A stretch of 64,000 nucleotides of DNA. It comes from an uncultured Chloroflexia bacterium. Lineage in GTDB: Bacteria; Chloroflexota; Anaerolineae; CG2-30-64-16. Positions 31,946-40,865 of this stretch are shown here, in pieces (within the stretch, counting starts at the first letter, position 1; each line of letters starts with the position of its first letter). The position numbers were made by a program, and so were the translations under genes. The stretch is taken from contig CAWEMM010000006.1 of assembly GCA_963810095.1 (NCBI GenBank), forward strand, positions 1,760,001-1,824,000, written 5' to 3'. The notes under the pieces were generated by a model that did not search any database, was not told the DNA's origin, and saw only the letters and a list, made by a program, of their open reading frames with translations.

Positions 31946-32713
31946 TCATTTCATCCCCATGACTTCTTGCAGCCGCTCCAGGTCCCAGTCCACGATGATC
32001 GTCCCCTTGTAGTCAAAGGTCGGGGTCGTCTCGTGGCCGTCACACCAGGCCTGCACGCGCTTCGCGGCCACCCGGTCCTTGGAGATATCGATCTCCTTGT
32101 ACGGAATGCCGCGCTCCTTCAGCCAGACGCGCGCCTGCTTGCAGTCCTGGCACCAGGGCGTGCAGTAGATGATCAGGTCGACGTCGGGCCGGGGCTGCTC
32201 CCAGGCCATCTTCTCGAGTTTCTTCTGCTCGGCGGCAACCCGTTCGGCAGCTTCCGGCTCGAGGTCGGCCAGCACCTTGAAGATCTCTTCGTTGTCCGGC
32301 TGGTCGCCGATGTCGTGGACGTCCACATACCGGACGACGCCATCCTTGTCGATGATAAAGATGGAGCGTTCGGAGTAGCCTTCCCCGCGCAACACGCCGT
32401 AAAGCTGCGACACCTGCCCGTGGGGGAAGAAGTCGCTCAACAGCGGGTAGGTGATCCCGCCGAGGCTTTCGGCCCACGCCTTCAGACAATCTGCACTATC
32501 CACGCTTAGGCCCAAGACCTGGGCCTTCATCCCGTTGAACCGGGCCAACTCGGCCTGGTATGACGGGATCTGCGCCGTTCAGACGGGGGTCCAGGCGAGG
32601 GGGAAGAACACCATCACAACATTCTGGCCGCGATAATCGCTCAGGCTGACCTCGTGACCGAGGTGGCTCTTCAGCCTGAACTCAGGCGCGACCTGTCCGA
32701 CCTTAACTGTCAT
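31946..32713 (-). CDS. Selenocysteine peroxiredoxin (AhpC/TSA) fused to a glutaredoxin-like domain, 255 aa
   Basis: ATG at 32713 with RBS; MTVKVGQVAPEF...FFPLAWTPV-U45(TGA 32581-32579)-TAQIP in frame with the listed ORF; SECIS follows; C-terminal YCTPWCQDC...TTPTF. Confidence 0.9.
32529..32569 (-). promoter_or_regulatory. Bacterial SECIS hairpin
   Basis: Starts 9 nt after the TGA: ATCCCGT-CAT-ACC-A-GGCC-GAGTT-GGCC-C-GGT-TCA-ACGGGAT; apical loop begins with G. Confidence 0.8.
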
Positions 32714-32832
32714 AGGCCTCTCCTTTGCTGCTAGAAACGCACTTACGGCGCGCCGGGGCTGTTATCGCCCGGCTCAAATACCGGGCAAAAGCCGACCATC
32801 GCGCACGCGTTGTAGAAACCTGCGCCGATGTC

Positions 32833-33009
32833 CTATTTGTTTATGTCCGCCCGTACAAGCGCTGTTGGATGACTACCTGCAAACACCGTATGCATGAAAC
32901 GTACTGTATCGCTGCGAACGATGGGCGCCAACGTGGCGGTAAGCGCAATGATACTGGCGATGGCCCAGTTGCGCAAGGCCCGCCGCGATTGGGGGTAATG
33001 TGCGATCAT
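32833..33009 (-). CDS. Possible 58-aa small protein with a hydrophobic segment
   Basis: AAGGA RBS; MIAHYPQSRRALRNWAIASIIALTATLAPIV...; no recognisable family. Confidence 0.3.
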   Translation of the reverse strand: MIAHYPQSRRALRNWAIASIIALTATLAPIVRSDTVRFMHTVFAGSHPTALVRADINK

Positions 33010-33033
33010 GGGGGTGATCCTTTGGGTATAACT

Positions 33034-33110
33034 GCTTAACACAAAGGCACGAAGACACGGGGAAAGGGAAGTCCAAAGCAGGTTGCGGCTTGGTGTCTTT
33101 GTGGTTAAGC
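33034..33110. repeat. 8-nt-period inverted repeat (family A) containing the DUF3786 stop codon
   Basis: GCTTAACACAAAG GCACGAAG ACACGGGG...CTTGGTGT CTTTGTGGTTAAGC. Confidence 0.7.
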
Positions 33111-33734
33111 GTGAACCAGTTTGTGCGCGAGCCAATCGCCCACGCCCGAAAGGTCCTCCGTCGGCAAGTAATGGCTGGCGGCGGCATCGAACAGCACCTG
33201 GACGCGACCGGGAAATTCGTCGTCGCCCTCCCAGAGCTGCACGGCAATGGCCAGGCGGGGGAACGCCTGGAAGCGGTAGGCCCCGTCGGGTGGGGCAAGC
33301 CCCGCGCCGGGAGCTGAAGTCAGCGCCTGCCCGCCGAGCGCGACGGCCGAGTTTTGGAAGCCCGCGACATCGGCGCCGAACTTGGCCGCGAGCAGGTTTT
33401 CTGCATGCTGCGCAAACGCCTGGGCATAAAACAGCCCGTTCGGCAGCTCGCGGAAGGTCAACCAGCGGTCCGCCGGGGGCATTCCGTCGGCGGTCAGCAG
33501 GTAGTGCCAGAGCACGATCGCGATGGAGGCGTGGGCGGTTTTGCCCGTCGCCTGGTTGACGACCTCGCCCTCGGGGTGTGGGACGAGGTGCGACCGGCCG
33601 AAATAGGATATCCGCACGGCGTCGCCCTGCAGGTCGCTGCCTGAGAGGGCGGCAGCACGGCGGTGATCGGCCGCGGCCCAGTCGGCACGGGCCTTATCAA
33701 AAGCGATCTGAAAACGACGATCTAACTGCGACAA
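33105..33734 (-). CDS. DUF3786 domain protein
   Basis: LWHYLL...WLTFRELPNG.FY..AF and LWEGDDEFP..LFD...YLPTED. Confidence 0.8.
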   Translation of the reverse strand: MSQLDRRFQIAFDKARADWAAADHRRAAALSGSDLQGDAVRISYFGRSHLVPHPEGEVVNQATGKTAHASIAIVLWHYLLTADGMPPADRWLTFRELPNGLFYAQAFAQHAENLLAAKFGADVAGFQNSAVALGGQALTSAPGAGLAPPDGAYRFQAFPRLAIAVQLWEGDDEFPGRVQVLFDAAASHYLPTEDLSGVGDWLAHKLVHA

Positions 33735-33764
33735 GAATGATGCTCCGGGTCGAAGCGGGTGCTT

Positions 33765-33922
33765 TCACCACAAAGATACAAAAGGCCCATCCGAGAATGG
33801 TCGGACAGCTTCCATAACCGAACCAGCTGGGGCACGGTCAGAGACCGGCCCCAGCAAGGTTTCGGATGGACACAAGGCACTCAGCACTTCGTTGACCTCG
33901 TGTCTTTGTGTCTTTCTGGTGA
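33765..33922. repeat. Composite family A element enclosing nested hairpins
   Basis: TCACCACAAAG...CTTTCTGGTGA ends; inner CCATCCGA/TCGGATGG and GCTGGGG..CGGTC-AGA-GACCG..CCCCAGC stems. Confidence 0.6.
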
Positions 33923-33932
33923 GCCAGGTGGC

Positions 33933-35141
33933 TCAGTTGCGCGGGTTCGTGTAATCGTTGCCGATGAGCTCGCGGGCGATGATCATGCGCATGATGTTCA
34001 TGCCGCCTTCCGCGCCAATGGAATAGGAGCGGACGCCGCGGATGCCCATTTCGATCGGATATTCCTTCGAGTAGCCCATGGCGCCCAACCAGTTGGCGAC
34101 TTCGTTGAACGTCTCGAAGGCCATGATCGGCGCGCGCAGCTTGGCCATCGCGCCCCACAGCGCCAGGTCCTTATGCTTGCCCTTGCCCTTCTCGTACATC
34201 TGGTCGGCCATCCAGGCGGCCTTATAGGTGAGCAGGCGGGCCGACTCGATGTCGACGAAGCGCTCGGCGGCCGGGAAGCTGATGCCCTGGTACGCGGCGA
34301 GCGGTTTGCCGAACGACTTGCGCTGCCGGATGTAGTCGACTCCCATGTGCAGTGCGGTTTCGGCCGCGCCACAGCAGGTGGCTCCGATGAGGGCCCGCGC
34401 GAAGGTGTAACCTTCCATCGCGTAGTAAAAGCCCTTGCCCTCCTCACCGATCCGGTAGTGGTCGGCCAGGGGCATGTTGTCCATGGTGAAGCCGCCTGTC
34501 GAAACGCCGGTGCGGCCCCAGTTGTGGATGAGGGTCGTGGAAACGCAGGGATTGTCCTTGATATCGACGGCGAAGAAGGTGAAACCCCGGTGGCCCGACT
34601 GCGGATCGCTGCGGACGAGCGTCATGTACGCGCTGCCCATCTTCAGCGATTCCTTGATGCCGCTGATGTAGAGCTTCTCGCCGTTGAGCAGCCAATCGCC
34701 GCCGGGCTGCTTCGTGCCCGTGCAGCGGGTGACGCCTTCGATATCAGAGCCGCCGCCGGGTTCCGTGGAGGCAATGCCCAAGAACAACTGGCCGGAGGTC
34801 ACCTTGGGGAGGATCTCGGCCTTGAGTTCCTCGCTGGCGTAACGTTCGAAGATGTAGCCCCAGCTGGCCTGCACCAGGTACATGACCGGCAGCGCGAGGC
34901 TGATGTCCGCACGGCCCAGCTCTTCGGCGGCAATCGTCGACATGGTGACGTTCATGCCGCCGCCACCGTACTTCTCTGAGACGGTGGGGGCCCACAGCCC
35001 CATGGCGGTCATTTCGTCCAGAACGTCCTGGGGGATGCCGTTCTCGTCGATCTCGCGGCAGCGGGGCGCGATTTTCTTTTGGGCGAAGTCGTGCACCGCC
35101 TTGCGCCACATTGCCTGTTCTTCGGTCCAACCGAAATCCAT
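33933..35141 (-). CDS. Acyl-CoA dehydrogenase
   Basis: STEPGGGSD, LNGEKLYIS, RKSFGKPL and GAMGYSKEYP motifs. Confidence 0.93.
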   Translation of the reverse strand: MDFGWTEEQAMWRKAVHDFAQKKIAPRCREIDENGIPQDVLDEMTAMGLWAPTVSEKYGGGGMNVTMSTIAAEELGRADISLALPVMYLVQASWGYIFERYASEELKAEILPKVTSGQLFLGIASTEPGGGSDIEGVTRCTGTKQPGGDWLLNGEKLYISGIKESLKMGSAYMTLVRSDPQSGHRGFTFFAVDIKDNPCVSTTLIHNWGRTGVSTGGFTMDNMPLADHYRIGEEGKGFYYAMEGYTFARALIGATCCGAAETALHMGVDYIRQRKSFGKPLAAYQGISFPAAERFVDIESARLLTYKAAWMADQMYEKGKGKHKDLALWGAMAKLRAPIMAFETFNEVANWLGAMGYSKEYPIEMGIRGVRSYSIGAEGGMNIMRMIIARELIGNDYTNPRN

Positions 35142-35206
35142 GCCTTCCTCCTTGAAGTGCTACTGTCAAAAGGCTGTGCGCAACGATATGTTGTGGAGCA
35201 GCCTTC

Positions 35207-35626
35207 CTACTCTGTCTTACCGTTCACCAGCGCCATGACCATGTCGGCGCTGGAAATCACGCCGACGAGTTGGTGCTCTTCGATGACGATCGCATTCTGG
35301 ATGCCAATACGCGAGAATAGCTGGGCCACGAACGGCAGCCGGAGCGTCGGGTTCACGACGATCAGCGGCTTGATCATGATCTCGCCCATGCGGGTGCGGG
35401 TGGGGGACAGCGACTTGGAGATGACCCGGTAGACAATCTCTTGAAAGGTCACGATCCCGTAGGCGTCGTCCTCGTCCGCCCGATCGACGATCGCCACCTG
35501 GCAACCGCCGCACGCTTTCATCTTCTGGATGGCATCGTGGACCGTGTCCAGAGGAGACACCAGCGCGAACTGCCGGTTCATCACGTCCCGCGCGCGTAAC
35601 GAGTAGATCTCGTGGGGCTGCATCAT
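35207..35626 (-). CDS. CBS-domain protein
   Basis: Tandem CBS pair (ARDVMNR...YGIVT...IMIKPLIVV...LVGVIS). Confidence 0.85.
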   Translation of the reverse strand: MMQPHEIYSLRARDVMNRQFALVSPLDTVHDAIQKMKACGGCQVAIVDRADEDDAYGIVTFQEIVYRVISKSLSPTRTRMGEIMIKPLIVVNPTLRLPFVAQLFSRIGIQNAIVIEEHQLVGVISSADMVMALVNGKTE

Positions 35627-35676
35627 CAGGCTCCTTTACCCGAGAAGCGACAGGGGAAGAAACACTGCCTCGACGC

Positions 35677-35739
35677 ATTGTAGCAGATGTGGACCACCCA
35701 GGTAAATGACGAACGTCACCCTGTGATCTTCCTCACAGG
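35677..35739 (-). promoter_or_regulatory. Promoter of the CBS/acyl-CoA dehydrogenase operon with two CRP-type boxes
   Basis: TGcTACAAT -10 (35677-82); ATGAC-GAAC-GTCAC (35706-19); CCTGTGA-TCTTCC-TCACAGG (35720-39). Confidence 0.65.
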
Positions 35740-35744
35740 CTGCG

Positions 35745-36881
35745 TCAGCGCGCCACGAAGCCGACGACGAGCCCGAGCAGCGCCGCACCGCCGACAAGCC
35801 ACATGGAGTTGACCTTGAAGCGGAAGAGCAGCAGCGCGGCTGCGGCGGCGATGGCGACCGCCAGGGGCGACCGGAAGCTGCCGTAGGCCAGCTGCAGGGT
35901 GACGGCCGCCATGAGGCCGAGCGCGGCCGCATTGATGCTGTCCAGGAAGCCCGCGGTCCAGGGCGACGCGCGCAGCCTCGGGATCAGCGGGTTGGTGAGC
36001 GCGACGAATATGAAGGCGGGCAAGAAGATGCCGACGGTGGCAAGCACGCCGCCCGGCACGCCGCCCAAGATGTAGCCGATGAAGGTGGCGGTGGTGAACA
36101 GCGGGCCCGGGGTGACTTGCCCGATCGCCACGGCGTCGAGCAGCTGCGTCTCGGTCAGCCACCCCAAGCGCTCGACGAAGTCTGCCCGGAGAAAGGCGAT
36201 GAGGACATAACCGGACCCGTACAGCACGGCGCCGATTTTGAGGAATGTCCAGAAGAGCAGCCCCAGCGAAAACGGGACCGCGGCCGCCGCGCCGGCCGCC
36301 AACGCAGGCAGGCTGAGGCGGAGCAGCGCAGCGGCGGGCAGGCCGGTCTTGCGGCGCCAGTTGTAGAACAGCATGCCCAGGACCCCGCCGGCCGCGAGCA
36401 GGAGCAGCTCGTTGACGCCGAGCAGCGCCAGCACGAGCACCGCGGCCGCGATGAGGCCGGTCGGCGCGTCCTTCAGCGCCTTCCGGCCGAGCAGCCAGAG
36501 CGCCTGCGCAATGATCACGATGACGACGGGCTGCACCGCGGCCAGCAGCGCGGTCACTTCGGGCGTCGTGCCGAAGCGGACGTAGGCCCAGGCGAGCCCC
36601 ATGACGATGGTCATGGCCGGCACGATGAAGCATGCACCCGCCATGATCAGGCCGGGCCAGCCTGCACGGACAAAGCCGATGTGAATCGCCATTTCCGTGG
36701 AGTTCGGACCGGGGATGAGGTTGGTCGCGCCGAGGAGGTCGAGGAATTCCTGCTCCGTCAGCCACTTCCGCCGCACGACGATCTCGTTATGCATGATCCC
36801 GATGTGCGCGGCCGGGCCCCCAAACGCGGTGAAACCGAGCTTGAGGAAGAGGAAGATGACCTCCGACAGCCTCGTGCGAAT
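35745..36881 (-). CDS. chrA: Chromate efflux transporter (long-chain CHR)
   Basis: FLKLGFTAFGGPAAHIG lies upstream of the listed ATG in frame; PGPNSTE, YGSGY and TPGP; apparent ATT start. Confidence 0.88.
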   Translation of the reverse strand: MRTRLSEVIFLFLKLGFTAFGGPAAHIGIMHNEIVVRRKWLTEQEFLDLLGATNLIPGPNSTEMAIHIGFVRAGWPGLIMAGACFIVPAMTIVMGLAWAYVRFGTTPEVTALLAAVQPVVIVIIAQALWLLGRKALKDAPTGLIAAAVLVLALLGVNELLLLAAGGVLGMLFYNWRRKTGLPAAALLRLSLPALAAGAAAAVPFSLGLLFWTFLKIGAVLYGSGYVLIAFLRADFVERLGWLTETQLLDAVAIGQVTPGPLFTTATFIGYILGGVPGGVLATVGIFLPAFIFVALTNPLIPRLRASPWTAGFLDSINAAALGLMAAVTLQLAYGSFRSPLAVAIAAAAALLLFRFKVNSMWLVGGAALLGLVVGFVAR

Positions 36882-36896
36882 GGAATCGCTCCCTTT

Positions 36897-37797
36897 TTAC
36901 TTGCCACCGGCGGCCCGTAGCGCGCACGTTAGGCATAGGGGTGCTTCCCTTGCCGCTGAACCCGCCGCGCCCTTGCGGGTTATTCCGCCGTACCCGGCAG
37001 GCGGATACTTGTAGGCCGTCGCCGTCGTGATCTTGCACGAAGCCGTGCTTTTCCAGGATCGGCCGGCTCATCTCGCTCGCGTCGACGCTGAGGAAGCGAT
37101 AGCCGCGCGCCCGCGCCTCCTGCGCCCGAACGTCGAGCAGCGCGGTGTAGAGGCCGCGCCCGCGAAATTCAGGCAGCGTCGAACCGCCAAAAAGCGACGC
37201 AAAGTCGGTTTGTTCGTGGAACCGGATCCACGCAGCGGAAGCGGGCACCCCGTCGACGTAGGCCAGGTACATGGACAGGGGCTGCCCGGGCAGCAGGAAC
37301 TCCTGGCGCAGTTCGTCCATGATCCAGGCGTGCGATTCGTTCCATACCGCGTCTTCGATCGCCACAACTTTGTCGAGGTCGGCGGGGTCCGTAATCTTGT
37401 GGACTTCGACTCCACCCCCGTGCAATCGGGTCTCTGCCGGAAACCCGGCCTCGGAGTCCAGGTCGCGCACCATCACCGACTCGTGTTCTTCGGCGCTGAA
37501 GCCGTGTCGCAGCAACCGCTCGTCGAGGTCTGCCGGCGTGTCGTGCCCGAAGCGTTTCCACTCGAAATTCTGCCCCCGCGCCGTGAAGTAGGCGACCTGC
37601 TCGGCGATGACCCGATCGGCGTCGTCTGCGCCGAGCCGCGACCAGATGACCCAGCCCCAGCGCGCGTGCCGGTCGAGCGGCACGCAGCGCACGACGAGCG
37701 GATCGTCGGGCGGGATCGCCTGCCGTTCGGTAATCGGGTCGATGCTGGCAAAACGTAGTTGCCGGTCGTGCAGTGCCAATAGCTCTTCAGAGTTCAA
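36897..37797 (-). CDS. GNAT acetyltransferase; apparent frameshift near 37036
   Basis: [25 protein letters not shown] and [16 protein letters not shown] motifs. Confidence 0.8.
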
Positions 37798-39502
37798 TCT
37801 TCGTCCTTCTCGATCTCAGGTGTTTCGCCGGCGCCGGCAACTCCGGCGGCCTCGAACGCCGCGCTCACCATGGCTTGCGCTTCCGCCTGCAGTTGGTGCA
37901 AGTGGCTTTCGCCCAGGAAGCTCTCGGCGTAGATCTTGTAAACGTCTTCCGTGCCCGAGGGACGGGCCGCAAACCAGCCGTTTTTGGTCGCTACCTTCAA
38001 CCCACCGATGGGAGCATTATTGCCGGGGCGCGTGTCAGCTTGGCCAGGATCGGCTCGCCGGCCAGCTCCGTTGCCGTCACCAACTCGGGCGACAGGTTCG
38101 CCAGCACTTTTTTCTGTGCTCCGTTGGCCGGCGCATCGACGCGGGCGTAGACAGGGCTGCCGAACTCGGCTTCGATGGCCTTGTAATGCTCGCCGGGGTC
38201 CTTCCCTGTGGCCGCAGTGATCTCCGCAGCCAGCAGGTCCATGATCAAGCCGTCCTTGTCCGTGGTCCACGCGGTTCCATCGGCGCGCAGGAAGGACGCG
38301 CCCGCACTCTCCTCGCCCCCGAACCCGTACGAACCGTCAAGCAGCCCGTCGACGAACCACTTGAACCCGACGGGCACCTCGGCCAGCCGCCGGCCCAGCT
38401 TCTCGGCCACCCGGTCGATGATGGAACTGGAGACCAGGGTTTTGCCCACTGCGGCATCCTTGCGCCACACGGCCCGGTGGCGGAAGAGGTACAGGATCGC
38501 GACGGCCAGGTAGTGGTTGGGATTGAGCAGCCCGGCCGAGCGGGTAACAATGCCGTGCCGGTCCGCATCTGGATCGTTGGCCCACGCGACGTCAAAGCGG
38601 TCACGCAGCCCGATCAGCCTGGCCATGGCATAAGGGGAGGAGCAGTCCATGCGGATTTTGCCGTCGTGGTCGAGGGGCATGAACCCGAAGGTGGGATCGA
38701 CCTCCCCGTTCACGACCTCGATGTCCAGGTTATAGAGCTCGGCGACGGGCGCCCAGAACGGCAGACTGCTGCCCCCCATCGGGTCGCAGCCCATCCGCAG
38801 GCTGCCGCCCTGGATGGCCTCCATATCCAGCACGTTGCGCAGGTCGTCGACGTAGGGGCGGACGTAATCGTGGGCGCGGAGGAAGCCCGATTCCCTGGCC
38901 CGGTCAAACTGGAAACGCTTGACCGCCCGCGGCCCGGTTGCGATGATCTCGTTGGCCCGCTCCTGGATCTGCTTCGTAACGCTCGTGTCGGCGGGCCCGC
39001 CGGAGGGTGGATTGTATTTGTATCCGCCGTCGGCCGGGGGATTGTGAGACGGCGTGATAACGACGCCGTCCGCGACGCCCTGACCCGAGCTGCCGCCCGT
39101 TTTGGCCCGGTTGTGAGTCAGGATGGCGTGCGAAATGACGGGGGTTGGAGTGTAGCCGCCGCCCGTCTGCACCATGACGTGGACTTCGTTGGCGGCGAAG
39201 ACTTCGAGCGCGGTTTGCAGGGCCTGCTCGGATAGGGCGTGGGTGTCCATGCCGATAAACAGCGGCCCGTCGATGTTCTGCCCTTTGCGATACTCGGCGA
39301 TGGCCTGGCTGATGGCGGCGATATGGTCGTCGTTAAAGGTCTGGTTGAGCGAGGTGCCGCGGTGGCCCGACGTGCCGAATGAGACGGCCTGGGCGGGATT
39401 GTCGGGCTCGGGGTGCAGGTCGTAGTAGGCCGCTCGCAGGCGGTCGACGTCGATCAGCAAATCAGCGGGGGCCGGCTGGCCGGCCAGTGGATGCAACGCC
39501 AT
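37794..39502 (-). CDS. pgm: Phosphoglucomutase; apparent frameshift near 38028
   Basis: [23 protein letters not shown] and GEESAG; [20 protein letters not shown] in another frame. Confidence 0.93.
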
Positions 39503-39677
39503 TCGATCCCTCCTCGGTATCACTCCAACCAACAACTGCGTCGGGTGGATTGTACACCAACAGGGCGGGTTACGCGAGGGGTCGATGCCCGAGGATTCGT
39601 GATCCGAACGAGTCGCAGCCCGGACCGGAGGCTTCTGGCCGACCGTGTGTCAGCCGAGCCTCCGGCCAGGAGTCGCT

Positions 39678-40808
39678 CTACTTTGCCCAGCTTGCTACCC
39701 GCTCGGCCGCAAAGTCATACCGGAATGTCACGTCCTTGAGCGCCTTCGGCAGGAACGGGGCCTGCCCGCTGCCGTCCGCATTCATCCGGTAGAGCTTCCA
39801 CGCCCCCGGCGCCTCCCGGTCGGTCAGAAACAGGATCGTCTTGCCGTCGGGCGACCAGGCCGGCGCGACGTTGTGCGGGCTGCGGCCGAAGGCCGAGGGC
39901 GGCTTGGTCAGGTACTTGATCAGCGCACCGGACGCGTCGAAGAGCGCGAGGTCAGTGTGGTCGTGGATGCGCTTCTGGGCCACAAACTTCGTCCCGTCCG
40001 GCGACCAGGCGGGGCTGCCCGTCCACTGCTCCTGTGTAACGTCGTAGGGCGCACGACCGGGCCCGGTGATCTGCAGGCGATTGTTGCCGCGGTACAACAA
40101 GTCCTCGCTCTGCGGCCGCCAGGACACGCTCTGCGCGTCGTTCGCTGCGGGAATGTCCTGCCAGCCACTGCCGTCCAGCCCGATCTCGGCAAGCGCGGTT
40201 TGTTCGACGGTGCGGACGGGCATCTGCGAGATGCAGAACCGGCCGACGGGGGTCTGCATGCAATCTTGCCCGCGGAACAAGCCGCCCAGCTGCGCCTCGG
40301 ACAGACAGCCGAAGGGGCTCTCACGGCAAGTTACCGTATTGAGCAGGTGGACAAAGGCCAGCTTCTGGCCGTCGGAACTCCAGGTGGGGTGCCGGGGTTT
40401 CGAGGCGCCCACCACCTTCCGTTCCTCCCCGGTTTTCAGGTTGCGCACGAAGACGGCGGGCTCCGGCTCCCAACGGGTGAAGGCAAGCTGCGTGCCGTCG
40501 GGCGAGAGGGCGGGGTCCATGCCGGTCGTCACCTGCTGCAGCTTCCCGGTTGCCGGGTCGAGCAGGAGGATGGCGCCGCCGGCCGAGGTCATCAGCGCGA
40601 TCTTGCCCTGTTTAGCGGCCGCGGGCGTAATCTTGACTGTAGTCACTTTTGTGGCTACCGGTTTCGGCGCCGGAGTGCTTCCTGCCGCAGGCCCATTGGT
40701 TGCGGCGCCGGCAGTGGCGAGGCTCGCGGCGCAAATGGCGGCCACGGTGAGCAAGACAAGCACCAGCCGCAGGCCGAGATAGCGACATTGAACGAGCGAG
40801 TTTTTCAT
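39678..40808 (-). CDS. Secreted TolB-like PD40 beta-propeller protein
   Basis: Signal peptide; repeated P(A/T)(W/L)SPDG motifs. Confidence 0.8.
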   Translation of the reverse strand: MKNSLVQCRYLGLRLVLVLLTVAAICAASLATAGAATNGPAAGSTPAPKPVATKVTTVKITPAAAKQGKIALMTSAGGAILLLDPATGKLQQVTTGMDPALSPDGTQLAFTRWEPEPAVFVRNLKTGEERKVVGASKPRHPTWSSDGQKLAFVHLLNTVTCRESPFGCLSEAQLGGLFRGQDCMQTPVGRFCISQMPVRTVEQTALAEIGLDGSGWQDIPAANDAQSVSWRPQSEDLLYRGNNRLQITGPGRAPYDVTQEQWTGSPAWSPDGTKFVAQKRIHDHTDLALFDASGALIKYLTKPPSAFGRSPHNVAPAWSPDGKTILFLTDREAPGAWKLYRMNADGSGQAPFLPKALKDVTFRYDFAAERVASWAK

Positions 40809-40865
40809 GTCAGTACCGTCTCCCCAAACCTGCGAGGTCTCTGAAACCCCGCCGGTTTGCATGGT

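Noticed and set aside
32579-32581. In-frame TGA as pseudogene or sequencing error
   Set aside because: It falls exactly on the catalytic Cys position and is followed by a SECIS-like hairpin; the other apparent errors are indels.
37997-38040. Programmed frameshifting in pgm and the other split genes
   Set aside because: No slippery heptamers or stimulators are evident; a lost base in a short C run is simpler.
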